Assembly (NCBI RefSeq): GCF_000025505.1
Contig: NC_013849.1
Location: forward strand, 450,001-482,000
DNA from: Ferroglobus placidus DSM 10642
GTDB taxonomy: Archaea; Halobacteriota; Archaeoglobi; Archaeoglobales; Archaeoglobaceae
DNA length: 32,000 bases
Direction: 5' to 3'
Translations under genes and position numbers: made by a program
Shown: positions 23,764 to 31,594 of the stretch, piece after piece
Position numbering within the stretch: position 1 is the stretch's first letter
Layout of the letters: every line of letters begins with the position of its first letter
Notes under the pieces: model-generated
The model's database searches: none
What the model was told of the DNA's origin: nothing
The model's input: the letters and a program-made list of their open reading frames with translations, nothing else

Positions 23764-24738
23764 ATGTCTGAGTCCAAATTCTGGTTGATAAGTGGTTTTC
23801 ACGGTAACCGGGATTTTTCGCAGCAGATAGGCGGCCCCGTGATTGATATCCCGCACTGCGATTATTATGCGGTCTATGAGGAGTACACCATGAACTTAAC
23901 AGACCTGTGCAGGCCTGATCCTGATTTAAGCGAGACTGAAGCGGCTGAAATGTTTGCAGAGCTTGCAAACGCTTATCTTGATGAGGTGACTGAGAAGCTG
24001 AAACTTCTCGTAGAATACCTGTACGATGACGTGTTCTTCATTGTGAGTAACCGCGACTATCCCAGCATGCTGGTAGTAGATATATATGCTGTAGCTCCCG
24101 TCGAACCAGAAGACTACTTACGACAGGAATACGATTATTTTATAGATGCAGAAACACTTGTCAAGATTGCGAAGGCTTATGACAGGCTGAACAACGAGGA
24201 GGAAGCTATAAAGGCGGTTCTTGGTAACATATCTGAGGAGGAGCTGGAGAGATGGATAGGCTTTGACTGGCAGGACGTGCTGGATGCGGCAGAACGCCAC
24301 GAAAACGCAATGAAGGAGCTCGAAGATTTCAGGAGGAGGTGCAGGGTTGAAAAGGGCTATCTTGTGGATGTGGATGTTACAGGGCTGTACACCCTTCACC
24401 AAGGAGAATACAGGGATGAGAACATTGTTCTGTTCAGACCAAGAGAGGATAGCAGCCTGAGATACATAATGGACAGGAAGACGCTTCGAATCTGGAGCAT
24501 CCAGCACTCTCCTCTTTTTGAACACAGACCGGTTCTGCACCTCTGCAGGTACATTGAGGCCTGTTTGAAGTCAGAGGCAGAGGCAGATGCCGAAAAGGAG
24601 GCCAGGAAAAGAGAGGCGCTTGAGGCTCTCTTCAACTCGCTTGGAGAGCCGATCGATCTCGCAGGACGAGAAGAGCAGTTTGCAGAGTGCCTCATTGGAA
24701 TTGGACTGAAAAAGGAGGCCTTAGCGCTCACGCTGTGA
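23764..24738 (+). CDS. hypothetical acidic protein (324 aa) with tail (..GLKKEALALTL)
   Basis: taggaggggatactATG start. Long ORF with no recognisable domain. Confidence 0.7.
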   Translation: MSESKFWLISGFHGNRDFSQQIGGPVIDIPHCDYYAVYEEYTMNLTDLCRPDPDLSETEAAEMFAELANAYLDEVTEKLKLLVEYLYDDVFFIVSNRDYPSMLVVDIYAVAPVEPEDYLRQEYDYFIDAETLVKIAKAYDRLNNEEEAIKAVLGNISEEELERWIGFDWQDVLDAAERHENAMKELEDFRRRCRVEKGYLVDVDVTGLYTLHQGEYRDENIVLFRPREDSSLRYIMDRKTLRIWSIQHSPLFEHRPVLHLCRYIEACLKSEAEADAEKEARKREALEALFNSLGEPIDLAGREEQFAECLIGIGLKKEALALTL

Positions 24739-24813
24739 GGGGTGAGTACTGTCTTCGAGTTCTCGCATACTGTTTGATTTGGGTTTTTGAACTTGATTTA
24801 AGGAGGTGGGAAA

Positions 24814-25449
24814 GTGGGTTATACGGTGGATATTATCGAATGCTCTCTTACTGCAAAATCTGTAGAGGAGGCGAAGAAGATCATCGAAGAGTTCGAGCGA
24901 GAAGGTGTGTTTGAGATCGATGAGGAGGGACACATAAGGCCCACTGACTGGTCTTTCAACTGGAGTAGTGACGAATACCTGTTCTTTGCTGCTTTAAGCA
25001 GGGTTGCAGAAGGATATATAGCGTTCAGAGGAGAGAACGGAGAAATCTGGAAGATTGAGCTGAAAGATGGAGAAATCATAGACTACACTGCAGAAATCGT
25101 TTACAGAAAGACCGGTTCAGCCAGGATCCATGAGGACTTTTTCAAGAAAAAGATGGTGGCCAATGAGAGATATGTTGCTGCTGTAACAGAGTTTGATACG
25201 GTAATTGCATACGACAGGAAACACAGGCAATGGCTGAACATCCGGCTCTACGGATCTCTGGCAGATCTTGAGATTCTTGAGGCCATTATCCGCGGGGAGG
25301 ATCTGAGTTTGCAGAGCGAGGAGCAGTGGAGCACAAAGGCTTGGCTTGACCGCGAAACTATTGAGGAATTTGCCCGAAAAGTTCTGAGCTCAGACATTGA
25401 CCAAAAAATAAAAAATGAGGTAAAGAAGGAATTGCTAACCTTACTTTAG
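24814..25449 (+). CDS. hypothetical protein (211 aa) with tail (..EVKKELLTLL)
   Basis: GTG start follows aaggaggtgggaaa. A GT-rich spacer lies upstream (ctgtttgatttgggtttttgaacttgattt). Confidence 0.7.
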   Translation: MGYTVDIIECSLTAKSVEEAKKIIEEFEREGVFEIDEEGHIRPTDWSFNWSSDEYLFFAALSRVAEGYIAFRGENGEIWKIELKDGEIIDYTAEIVYRKTGSARIHEDFFKKKMVANERYVAAVTEFDTVIAYDRKHRQWLNIRLYGSLADLEILEAIIRGEDLSLQSEEQWSTKAWLDRETIEEFARKVLSSDIDQKIKNEVKKELLTLL

Positions 25450-25521
25450 AGCAACCTTTTCTTAGCTTTGATGCAGATTGTGATCTCCGAGTTAGGCAGG
25501 AAGCTTTCGCCCCTCTTAACC

Positions 25522-26652
25522 TCAATCTTCCTGGTCTTTGTTATCGTGATGTTGCCAGCATTCACAGTGATCTTTATCTCGTAACTCCCCTGCATAGCAG
25601 CAGCAGTTCAGTTTAGTTTCATGGTCTTTGTTATCGTGATCTCTCCGGCATTTGCCGTGATCCTCATCTCGTAACTCCCCTGCATAGCAGCAGCAGTTCG
25701 ATTTCCCTCCTAAAGGATGCGGACAAATGGGTTTGCAGGGTTCGCCAGGTTTGCAGGGTGGACAGGGTATTTCAGGTGGACAAGGTTCGCCAAGTGAGCA
25801 ATGAATCCTTTTTACGGTCACGGTAACGGTGTCTTCAGCTGTCTGTCCTGCTGTATCAACTGCAACAGCTCTGATTGTGTGCGTTCCAACCGTGAGAGCT
25901 ATTGTTGTATCGTATGGAGAATGACGGTCTTTTCCAATGGGGTGGCCATCAGCATAGAACTCAACTCTCCAGATTCCTTTATCATCGCTTGCATCAGCCA
26001 CAATTTTCATCCTACAGGCGTTTGAGTGGGTTATACAGACGTATCCATCATGTGGGGAGGTTATCTTGACTGTTGGTGGGTTGTCTGGGGCTGGAGTCGG
26101 AGTCGGTGTTGGAGTTGGTGTAGGTGTTGGAGTTGGAGTAGGAGCAGGCGTCGGAGTCGGTGACGGGGTAGGAGTGGGTGTTGGAGTCGTTGACGGGGTA
26201 GGAGTAGCTGGAGAAGCTTCAACTTTCACGGGTTTGCTTTCAGCCACAGTTGCTTTTGTGGGCCCGTAAACCAGGCTGAACGTCAGCATTCCTCCCCTCT
26301 TAAGCAGACTCGATGGTATAACTATCTGGTCTCCAGGATCAAACCTCAGCCTGTCCTTAACATCCTCTACGATAAGCCCCGGATCGGTTGCAGGAATTGT
26401 CTGGAGTACTGTTCCGTCAGCTGTCATAATGGTAAGGGAAAGATCGCTGTACTTTATCGAATCTCCGCCAGTATGCCTTACGATTATGGCCTTCGATGTG
26501 TCTGAGGGTTCGATGAAAGAAATGGCTGCAGCAGGGTTTTTCTCAGCCGCCAGACCGGCATGTGCGGCAACGGCTGCAGTACCGACAGCACCAGCCACTG
26601 CTAGAAAGATTAGAATAATTAGAGGGATTGCTCCGGATTCACTCCTCTCCAT
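25522..26652 (-). CDS. secreted/surface protein: pilin-like signal, Pro-Thr linker, Ig-like domain, Cys/His/Asp-rich C-terminal repeats
   Basis: This is the only minus-strand gene. N-terminal MERSESGAIPLIILIFLAVAGAVGTAAVA resembles an archaeal class III (type IV pilin-like) signal. It has a (TP)n linker and an Ig-like segment, VKITSPHDGY...WRVEFYADGHPIG...THTIRAVAVDTAGQTAEDTVTVTV. The C-terminal NCCCYAGELRDxDHxxCxxxHDNKDxE occurs twice. The RBS on the minus strand is aaggtggtagtATG (26650-26663). Confidence 0.8.
   Translation of the reverse strand: MERSESGAIPLIILIFLAVAGAVGTAAVAAHAGLAAEKNPAAAISFIEPSDTSKAIIVRHTGGDSIKYSDLSLTIMTADGTVLQTIPATDPGLIVEDVKDRLRFDPGDQIVIPSSLLKRGGMLTFSLVYGPTKATVAESKPVKVEASPATPTPSTTPTPTPTPSPTPTPAPTPTPTPTPTPTPTPTPAPDNPPTVKITSPHDGYVCITHSNACRMKIVADASDDKGIWRVEFYADGHPIGKDRHSPYDTTIALTVGTHTIRAVAVDTAGQTAEDTVTVTVKRIHCSLGEPCPPEIPCPPCKPGEPCKPICPHPLGGKSNCCCYAGELRDEDHGKCRRDHDNKDHETKLNCCCYAGELRDKDHCECWQHHDNKDQED
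25533..25712. repeat. 90-bp tandem repeat x2 inside the minus-strand gene (encodes the CCCY..DH..C..HDNKD module)
   Basis: ggtctttgttatcgtgat starts at both 25533 and 25623, and ctcgtaactcccctgcatagcagcagcagtt is identical in both copies. Confidence 0.85.
26085..26212. repeat. low-complexity ggWgtYgg microsatellite-like tract encoding the (Thr-Pro)n linker
   Basis: Runs of ggagtcgg / ggtgttgg / ggagttgg on the + strand correspond to PTPTPTP on the minus strand. Confidence 0.8.
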
Positions 26653-26787
26653 ACTACCACCTTCTTGTTACTACTACCATAAGAATAATACACTAAAAAC
26701 ATAAAATATTTATGGTTTCCCGGATTCTTGCGTTTGTGGATGTGGGTTTTTGTTTGTTGTGTGCTGGACAGATGGTAGGTGGTATAT

Positions 26788-27828
26788 ATGGAGACTGCAG
26801 GCAGGTTGAAAGCAGGGCTCGTGGACAGGAGTAAGAACGCTAGAGGAGGTGAAAGTGAAGGAATAGGTGTGAATGAGAACAGAAAGAGTGGAAGGAGCAA
26901 GAGCGTGAATGATGGTGGGGGATGGAGTGGAGAAGACGGTACATGCCCGGAGTGCGGAAGCCCGAGACTTGTCACGGACCACAGTCGCGGAGAGGTTTTC
27001 TGCCAGGACTGCGGGATTGTTGTTGAAGATGCTCGCCTTGACTACGGCCCGGAGTGGAGGTCATATGACAGTGAGCGTGGAATGCAGAGGGCAAGGGCAG
27101 GGCCTCCAGTTGTGCTCACTCTCCATGACAAGGGGTTTACCACAACAATAGGGAACGATAGAGACAGCCACGGCAATCCACTCTCCCCCAAAACAAGAAT
27201 CCAGTTTACCAGACTGAGAAAGTGGCAGAGCAAAATCAGAACAAACAGCTCTGCAGAGAGGAATCTTGTACGATCACTGATGGAGCTTGAGAGAATCACG
27301 TCTTCCCTTGGGCTGCCTAAAAGCATAACGGAGAGGGCGGCACTCATCTACAGAAGGGTAGTCAGTAATAACCTGACGAGGGGGAGGTGTATAGACAGCA
27401 TTGTTGCCGCTGCAGTGTACGCAGCATGCAGGGAGGCAGGACTGCCGAGGACGCTGGATGAAGTTGCAGCCCACTCCAGTGTGGATAAAAGGTCTGTTGG
27501 AAGAGCGTACAGATTCCTTGCAAGAACGCTCGGGCTGAAGCCTGCTCCAATCACCTCTACAGACTACGTGCCGAAGATCTGCGCAGCACTTGGAGTGAGC
27601 GGGGAGGTGCAGGAGAGGGCTCTGGAAATCGTAAATGAGGCTGAGAAAAGCATGGTTAGCAGAAGTCCAGCAGGTGTGGCTGCGGCTGCAGTTTACATTG
27701 CATCAATCCTGCTTGGAGAGAGGAGAACGCAGAGGGAAGTGGCAGGAGTTGCAGGAGTCACAGAAGTCACGATAAGGAACTGCTACAAGATGATAACTGA
27801 CAGACTGGGAATAGAGCTGCTCCTTTAG
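26788..27828 (+). CDS. tfb: transcription initiation factor B (TFIIB homolog) with ~50-aa Gly/Ser/Asn-rich N-terminal extension
   Basis: Zn-ribbon CPECGSPRLVTDHSRGEVFCQDCGIVVED, B-linker region GPEWRSY, and two cyclin-like repeats (ERAALIYRRVV...SIVAAAVYAACREAGLPRTLDEVA; AGVAAAAVYIASILLGERRTQREVAGVAGVTEVTIRNCYK). ATG 26788 follows aggtggtatat (cassette). Confidence 0.92.
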   Translation: METAGRLKAGLVDRSKNARGGESEGIGVNENRKSGRSKSVNDGGGWSGEDGTCPECGSPRLVTDHSRGEVFCQDCGIVVEDARLDYGPEWRSYDSERGMQRARAGPPVVLTLHDKGFTTTIGNDRDSHGNPLSPKTRIQFTRLRKWQSKIRTNSSAERNLVRSLMELERITSSLGLPKSITERAALIYRRVVSNNLTRGRCIDSIVAAAVYAACREAGLPRTLDEVAAHSSVDKRSVGRAYRFLARTLGLKPAPITSTDYVPKICAALGVSGEVQERALEIVNEAEKSMVSRSPAGVAAAAVYIASILLGERRTQREVAGVAGVTEVTIRNCYKMITDRLGIELLL

Positions 27829-27837
27829 TGTGGTCTT

Positions 27838-28194
27838 ATGTCCGTCCTGAAGGATGTTTTAAGCAGAGAGTCTTGTTCAACTCCCTTTCCTGAACCTGAA
27901 CCCGAGCATGAGCATGGATGTGAGAAGTCTGAGACCGGTGAGAAGTCTGAGACCACTCTCAAATGCCCTTTTTGCGAATACAGAGCTAGCAATCTAGCAA
28001 AACTCAAAAGCCACATCCTGAGGCACGACCTCAGCATCTGCCCTGTGTGCGGTAAGAAGTTCAAGAGATTGCTAAGCCACGTTGCAGGGATGAGGGATGA
28101 AAAGCACCAGGAGCTCTACGCTCTGATAGGGCACTATGGCAAAGGCAACAGAGATCGGTTGAGAGAGCTGAGGGGCAGGTTTCTGGAAAAGTAG
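27838..28194 (+). CDS. C2H2 zinc-finger protein (118 aa)
   Basis: LKCPFCEYRASNLAKLKSHILRH is a classical C2H2 finger, and a second CPVCGKKFKRLLSHVAGMRDEKH follows. The N-terminus has PEPEPEHEH and a tandem EKSETG/EKSETT (18-bp DNA repeat at 27922-27954). Confidence 0.7.
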   Translation: MSVLKDVLSRESCSTPFPEPEPEHEHGCEKSETGEKSETTLKCPFCEYRASNLAKLKSHILRHDLSICPVCGKKFKRLLSHVAGMRDEKHQELYALIGHYGKGNRDRLRELRGRFLEK

Positions 28195-28234
28195 TGCTGC
28201 TTTTTATTAACCCTTTATGAAGGGGGTGGTTGTT

Positions 28235-28663
28235 ATGGATGAGAAAACGAAAAAGATTCAGGCTGTGGTGGAGGCGGTTACCGAGAAGTACGGTGGTGGT
28301 GTGAAGCTGGAGGGCACATTCTACAACCTCGCAGAGGGGCTGGAACTCCCCGAGAAGGGCGAGGAGATTGTAGCCACAATTCTCGGAAAAACCATCATAT
28401 ACTGGGAGAGAGTTAAGGGAGATGAGATGGAGAAGAGTGAGCAGGAGACAGGGTCAGAAGGCGAGAAAGGACTGGAGCTTCCGGATATAGAAGTTCCCGG
28501 GAGCGTGAGGGCTGTAGCCGACACATTTCTCGCGGTGCTGAAGCACATAGATGAGAGGGTGCCGAACATGTCCACCAAAGACAAGATAATCGTGACAAGC
28601 GTGATTTTCAAGGAGATCATGGAGACGAAGAGAGCAAAAATAAGGAGAAAGGGTGAAGAGTGA
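28235..28663 (+). CDS. hypothetical acidic protein (142 aa)
   Basis: Same frame as track ORF 28217..28663. The second ATG (28235) is preceded by gggggtgg. No recognisable motif. Confidence 0.6.
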   Translation: MDEKTKKIQAVVEAVTEKYGGGVKLEGTFYNLAEGLELPEKGEEIVATILGKTIIYWERVKGDEMEKSEQETGSEGEKGLELPDIEVPGSVRAVADTFLAVLKHIDERVPNMSTKDKIIVTSVIFKEIMETKRAKIRRKGEE

Positions 28664-28690
28664 TAGTTCAGCTCAAATTTCTGAGGCTTT

Positions 28691-29608
28691 ATGAGGGACG
28701 AGTTGGACGAGCTCGTTCACCAGGCTTTCCGTGAGGCATGCAGTGGAGAGGGCTGCAGCATTGAGAAAGGGGATGGCAGGTTCGTGGTCAGGCACGACAC
28801 GGATGTTCTCTCTGTACGCTGGCCGGAAATAGAAATTCTTAACACCGGGCTCAAAACAATGCGCGTTCTCGTGAAAGCATTACACCTGCTGCAGATCCGC
28901 TGCGAGGGCACCTTGAACTTCCTTCTGAAGCTGTACGACCGTGCAGTCATGCAGTGCCTGCCTGTTGTGGAGGGGGCAGTCATCGACCTGGAAAAGAGGA
29001 GGGCGGAAGTGTCTGGAGGGAAGCAACCTGGTCAGACAGAGCTTGTGGATATGCTGAACAGGCTGAACGATTTTTTCCTGAACGCTGCAGCAAAGTACGG
29101 GCAGATCACCGCAAATACTCTGTACAGCTGCATCCTGGACACACACCTCCTGACAGATCCCGAAGACTTATCATCTCCCATTTCATTTCCCGGCTTCAGA
29201 GACCTGGAGAGCATCATGGCCGCTGCAACAGCAGTTGCGGGGAAGAGGCTGTGGTTTGTGAAGTTTCAGAACAGCATTCTTGCAAAGGTGCTGGCAAAAT
29301 CCCTGCCCCTGCATCCTCTCTCTGAGAGCGCAATGTGCCTCCTCATCACACCAGACGGAGTTTCAAGGCTGGACGTGGCAAAAACACCGCATTATGCAGC
29401 GGCAAATCTTGTCGGAGTGCTCTGGGATGTTGCGCGGAATGAGAGAAGAGTGAAGTACAGCTGGAGGAACGAAAAATCCGCAAAGCTGCTCAAGGAGTTC
29501 ATTGAAAGGGCGAGGACTGTGGAGGTTGCGGGCAGGGATCAGATAATTGGCAGGTTTGTCGAGAGTCTGCCTGAAAAGGCAAGGAAATCACTTCTAACTC
29601 TTATCTGA
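28691..29608 (+). CDS. hypothetical protein (305 aa) with tail (..EKARKSLLTLI)
   Basis: Long ORF with no recognisable domain. Followed by tgaggttttttta. Confidence 0.65.
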   Translation: MRDELDELVHQAFREACSGEGCSIEKGDGRFVVRHDTDVLSVRWPEIEILNTGLKTMRVLVKALHLLQIRCEGTLNFLLKLYDRAVMQCLPVVEGAVIDLEKRRAEVSGGKQPGQTELVDMLNRLNDFFLNAAAKYGQITANTLYSCILDTHLLTDPEDLSSPISFPGFRDLESIMAAATAVAGKRLWFVKFQNSILAKVLAKSLPLHPLSESAMCLLITPDGVSRLDVAKTPHYAAANLVGVLWDVARNERRVKYSWRNEKSAKLLKEFIERARTVEVAGRDQIIGRFVESLPEKARKSLLTLI

Positions 29609-29630
29609 GGTTTTTTTACGGGTAATATTC

Positions 29631-30101
29631 ATGGAGGTGGCAGGATTGAGAACGGTTGTAGCTGAATTCTGCGCGGAGTGTCTGGAGTCAACCCTGAAAC
29701 AGTCTTTTTTCACGGATGAGAAGGAGTGCAGCGAGTGCCTGTCCAAAGTTTACTTCAAAGCCCGCATTCCGCAGGAAATAGCTGAGGAGATCCGGAGACT
29801 TCATGACTTGCACCAGCTTGAATACGGCCCGCTCACAATTCTTTACGCTGCAGCCGGACTGGTGAGGCTTGAGTACGCCGATGCAGAGCCAGAGCCAATG
29901 AGTGAGGAGGAGGTTCTTGAGAGGATAGAGGAAGGGATAAGAGGTGTAGAGGGATATGCGTATGACATACGTAACTTTGTCGATATCATAGAGGTTATAG
30001 AGCATGCAGAGTCCGAAGCAAAAATAGATAAGGACAGGCTCAGAAAACTCCTGAAAGTTGTTCAGAGACTGAAGAAGGTTGTTCTGGCGGAGATATTGTA
30101 A
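29631..30101 (+). CDS. zinc-ribbon protein related to the AAGKG family, with tail (..RLKKVVLAEIL)
   Basis: CAECLES...CSECLSK, then LTILYAAAGLVRLEY. The start is ATG 29631, or in-frame TTG 29646, which sits at the cassette position (gaggtggcaggaTTG). Confidence 0.65.
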   Translation: MEVAGLRTVVAEFCAECLESTLKQSFFTDEKECSECLSKVYFKARIPQEIAEEIRRLHDLHQLEYGPLTILYAAAGLVRLEYADAEPEPMSEEEVLERIEEGIRGVEGYAYDIRNFVDIIEVIEHAESEAKIDKDRLRKLLKVVQRLKKVVLAEIL

Positions 30102-30144
30102 TTTGGTTTTTGTAGTTTTTTGTTCTGCTCGGGAGTGAGTGAGC

Positions 30145-30594
30145 ATGCGCTGTGCTGAGGTGATAAAAGAGGCTGAAGAAGGCAACACTGAAGTGGTGCT
30201 GGAGCTGGAAGACATCTTCGAATCTTCGAATTTGTCTCATGAATTTGACAGAAAAGTCCAGGAGAACATCGAATACATTTTGAGGAGGAATTGCCTGTGG
30301 AGGGAGGGGCTGAGGACTGCTGTCCTAATCTGCAAAATCGCTCCAGACCCTGATGACACATTTTTTGGATATTTTCAGGTCTTTGATGGTACCGAGCTCG
30401 TTGCGAGAGGAGAGTTCGGCGGCACATTCGTCGTTCTGGACGAGAGAGCTTTTGAGAAACCGGATGTGGAGGGCATCGAGATCGTAGAGCTAACAATTTC
30501 GCTGCCACCGGTGGATGCAAAAAAGCTCTTTCTCCTTGACATCTCTGATCTGGGTGCTGAAGAAAAAGCTAAGCTTCTCTCCTGGGTTTTGTAG
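30145..30594 (+). CDS. hypothetical acidic protein (149 aa) with tail (..EEKAKLLSWVL)
   Basis: Same frame as track ORF 30139..30594. ATG 30145 follows gggagtgagtgagc. A GT-rich spacer lies upstream. Confidence 0.65.
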   Translation: MRCAEVIKEAEEGNTEVVLELEDIFESSNLSHEFDRKVQENIEYILRRNCLWREGLRTAVLICKIAPDPDDTFFGYFQVFDGTELVARGEFGGTFVVLDERAFEKPDVEGIEIVELTISLPPVDAKKLFLLDISDLGAEEKAKLLSWVL

Positions 30595-30621
30595 TTTTTG
30601 GTTTTTTCTCGGGGTGAGATT

Positions 30622-31383
30622 ATGAGTGTGAGCGCGGGTATGAGCGAGAGTGTGAGTGTGGTGGAAAGGATGATGGATAAGCTTCAGCTGCTGAATGATC
30701 TCTGGAAAAGGGTTAAAGTGCTGCCAGAAATCACAGAACTCGCCAATAAAGTAGTGATAGCTGAATTCGGTGTTGAGGAACACTCATCCCCCTTCAGTTA
30801 CGCAGGATATAATATAAGGGCAATTCTGGATGATGTGAGGAAAGAGTTGTTCAGATTTGTTGCAGATCTGCTTGTTGAGGACACGAATGTCAGAGTGGAC
30901 TTCGCTGACCTGTATGACCGCTTTAAAGACTTCGATGCGGTAGAGGTGGCCAGATACATTGAGGAGAAGTACCTTCGCCAGGCAGATGAGCTGGCATACA
31001 GAGAAATCGTAAGCAGGGCAAGAGCTCTTCTGCCGGCACATAATGTAAGCCTGGAGAAGATCCTGAAAGGGAGAAAACTTGTCCTGCAGTACTACCTTCA
31101 CTGGAGTTACGGAAAACCATACATACACGACTTTCTTGAGGCCGCATCAGCCCTCGAAAAGCTGGCAAAGATCGTTCTCTGGAGAGTTAAGCCATCCACA
31201 GCCAGGGGGCACGCAATTTACAACGCATACTGGAACGACACAACTGATGAGGAGGTTTTGCAGAAGAAGGAGCTTGGCGGCCCGATCGAGGCTGTGAAGG
31301 TACACAAGAACGGGAACATCTACTTCTGGTTTAAGAGCGAGGAGGATGCAAAAAAGGTTGCGGAGGTGCTCCTGAGTGAGTGA
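30622..31383 (+). CDS. hypothetical protein (253 aa) with tail-like end (..DAKKVAEVLLSE)
   Basis: Same frame as track ORF 30598..31383. ATG 30622 follows ggggtgagatt. No recognisable domain. Confidence 0.65.
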   Translation: MSVSAGMSESVSVVERMMDKLQLLNDLWKRVKVLPEITELANKVVIAEFGVEEHSSPFSYAGYNIRAILDDVRKELFRFVADLLVEDTNVRVDFADLYDRFKDFDAVEVARYIEEKYLRQADELAYREIVSRARALLPAHNVSLEKILKGRKLVLQYYLHWSYGKPYIHDFLEAASALEKLAKIVLWRVKPSTARGHAIYNAYWNDTTDEEVLQKKELGGPIEAVKVHKNGNIYFWFKSEEDAKKVAEVLLSE

Positions 31384-31567
31384 ACCTGAACCTGAATATG
31401 AATTTGAGGCCATGTGGCGAAGGGAGATGCAGGAGTGGTCAAAGATTATCGAGGAGCTGGATAAAAGGTCGTTCGAGCAGGTAATAACAATAAATTCCGG
31501 AATCATCAAAGAACTGGTCTCACACTCCACAAAAATTAAAAAGCGGTTGATAGAAGTAGTACTGTAG
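31376..31567 (+). CDS. small acidic protein (63 aa) with tail (..KIKKRLIEVVL)
   Basis: GTG 31376 lies 7 nt after ggaggtg (31362-31368) and overlaps the upstream stop (GTGAGTGA). ATG 31412 is an alternative start. Confidence 0.55.
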   Translation: MSEPEPEYEFEAMWRREMQEWSKIIEELDKRSFEQVITINSGIIKELVSHSTKIKKRLIEVVL

Positions 31568-31594
31568 ATTTAACACAATTCGAGGTGTTTTTCC

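Noticed and set aside
26066-26269. + strand ORF encoding (GV)n: MTVGGLSGAGVGVGVGVGV...
   Set aside because: It is the antisense reading of the (TP)n linker of the well-supported minus-strand secreted protein.
27889-27915. Shared 12-mer cctgaacctgaa / alternating x-Glu peptides (PEPEPEHEH at 27889-27915; EPEPEYEFE at 31382-31408)
   Set aside because: A short low-complexity coincidence is plausible, and there is no flanking similarity. Noted only.
3172-30624. Recurrent intergenic repeats considered as a CRISPR array or miniature transposable elements
   Set aside because: The spacers are similar in composition but not identical repeats. They alternate with full-length genes rather than 30-40 bp unique spacers, have no conserved palindromic repeat and no terminal inverted repeats. 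No cas genes are present.
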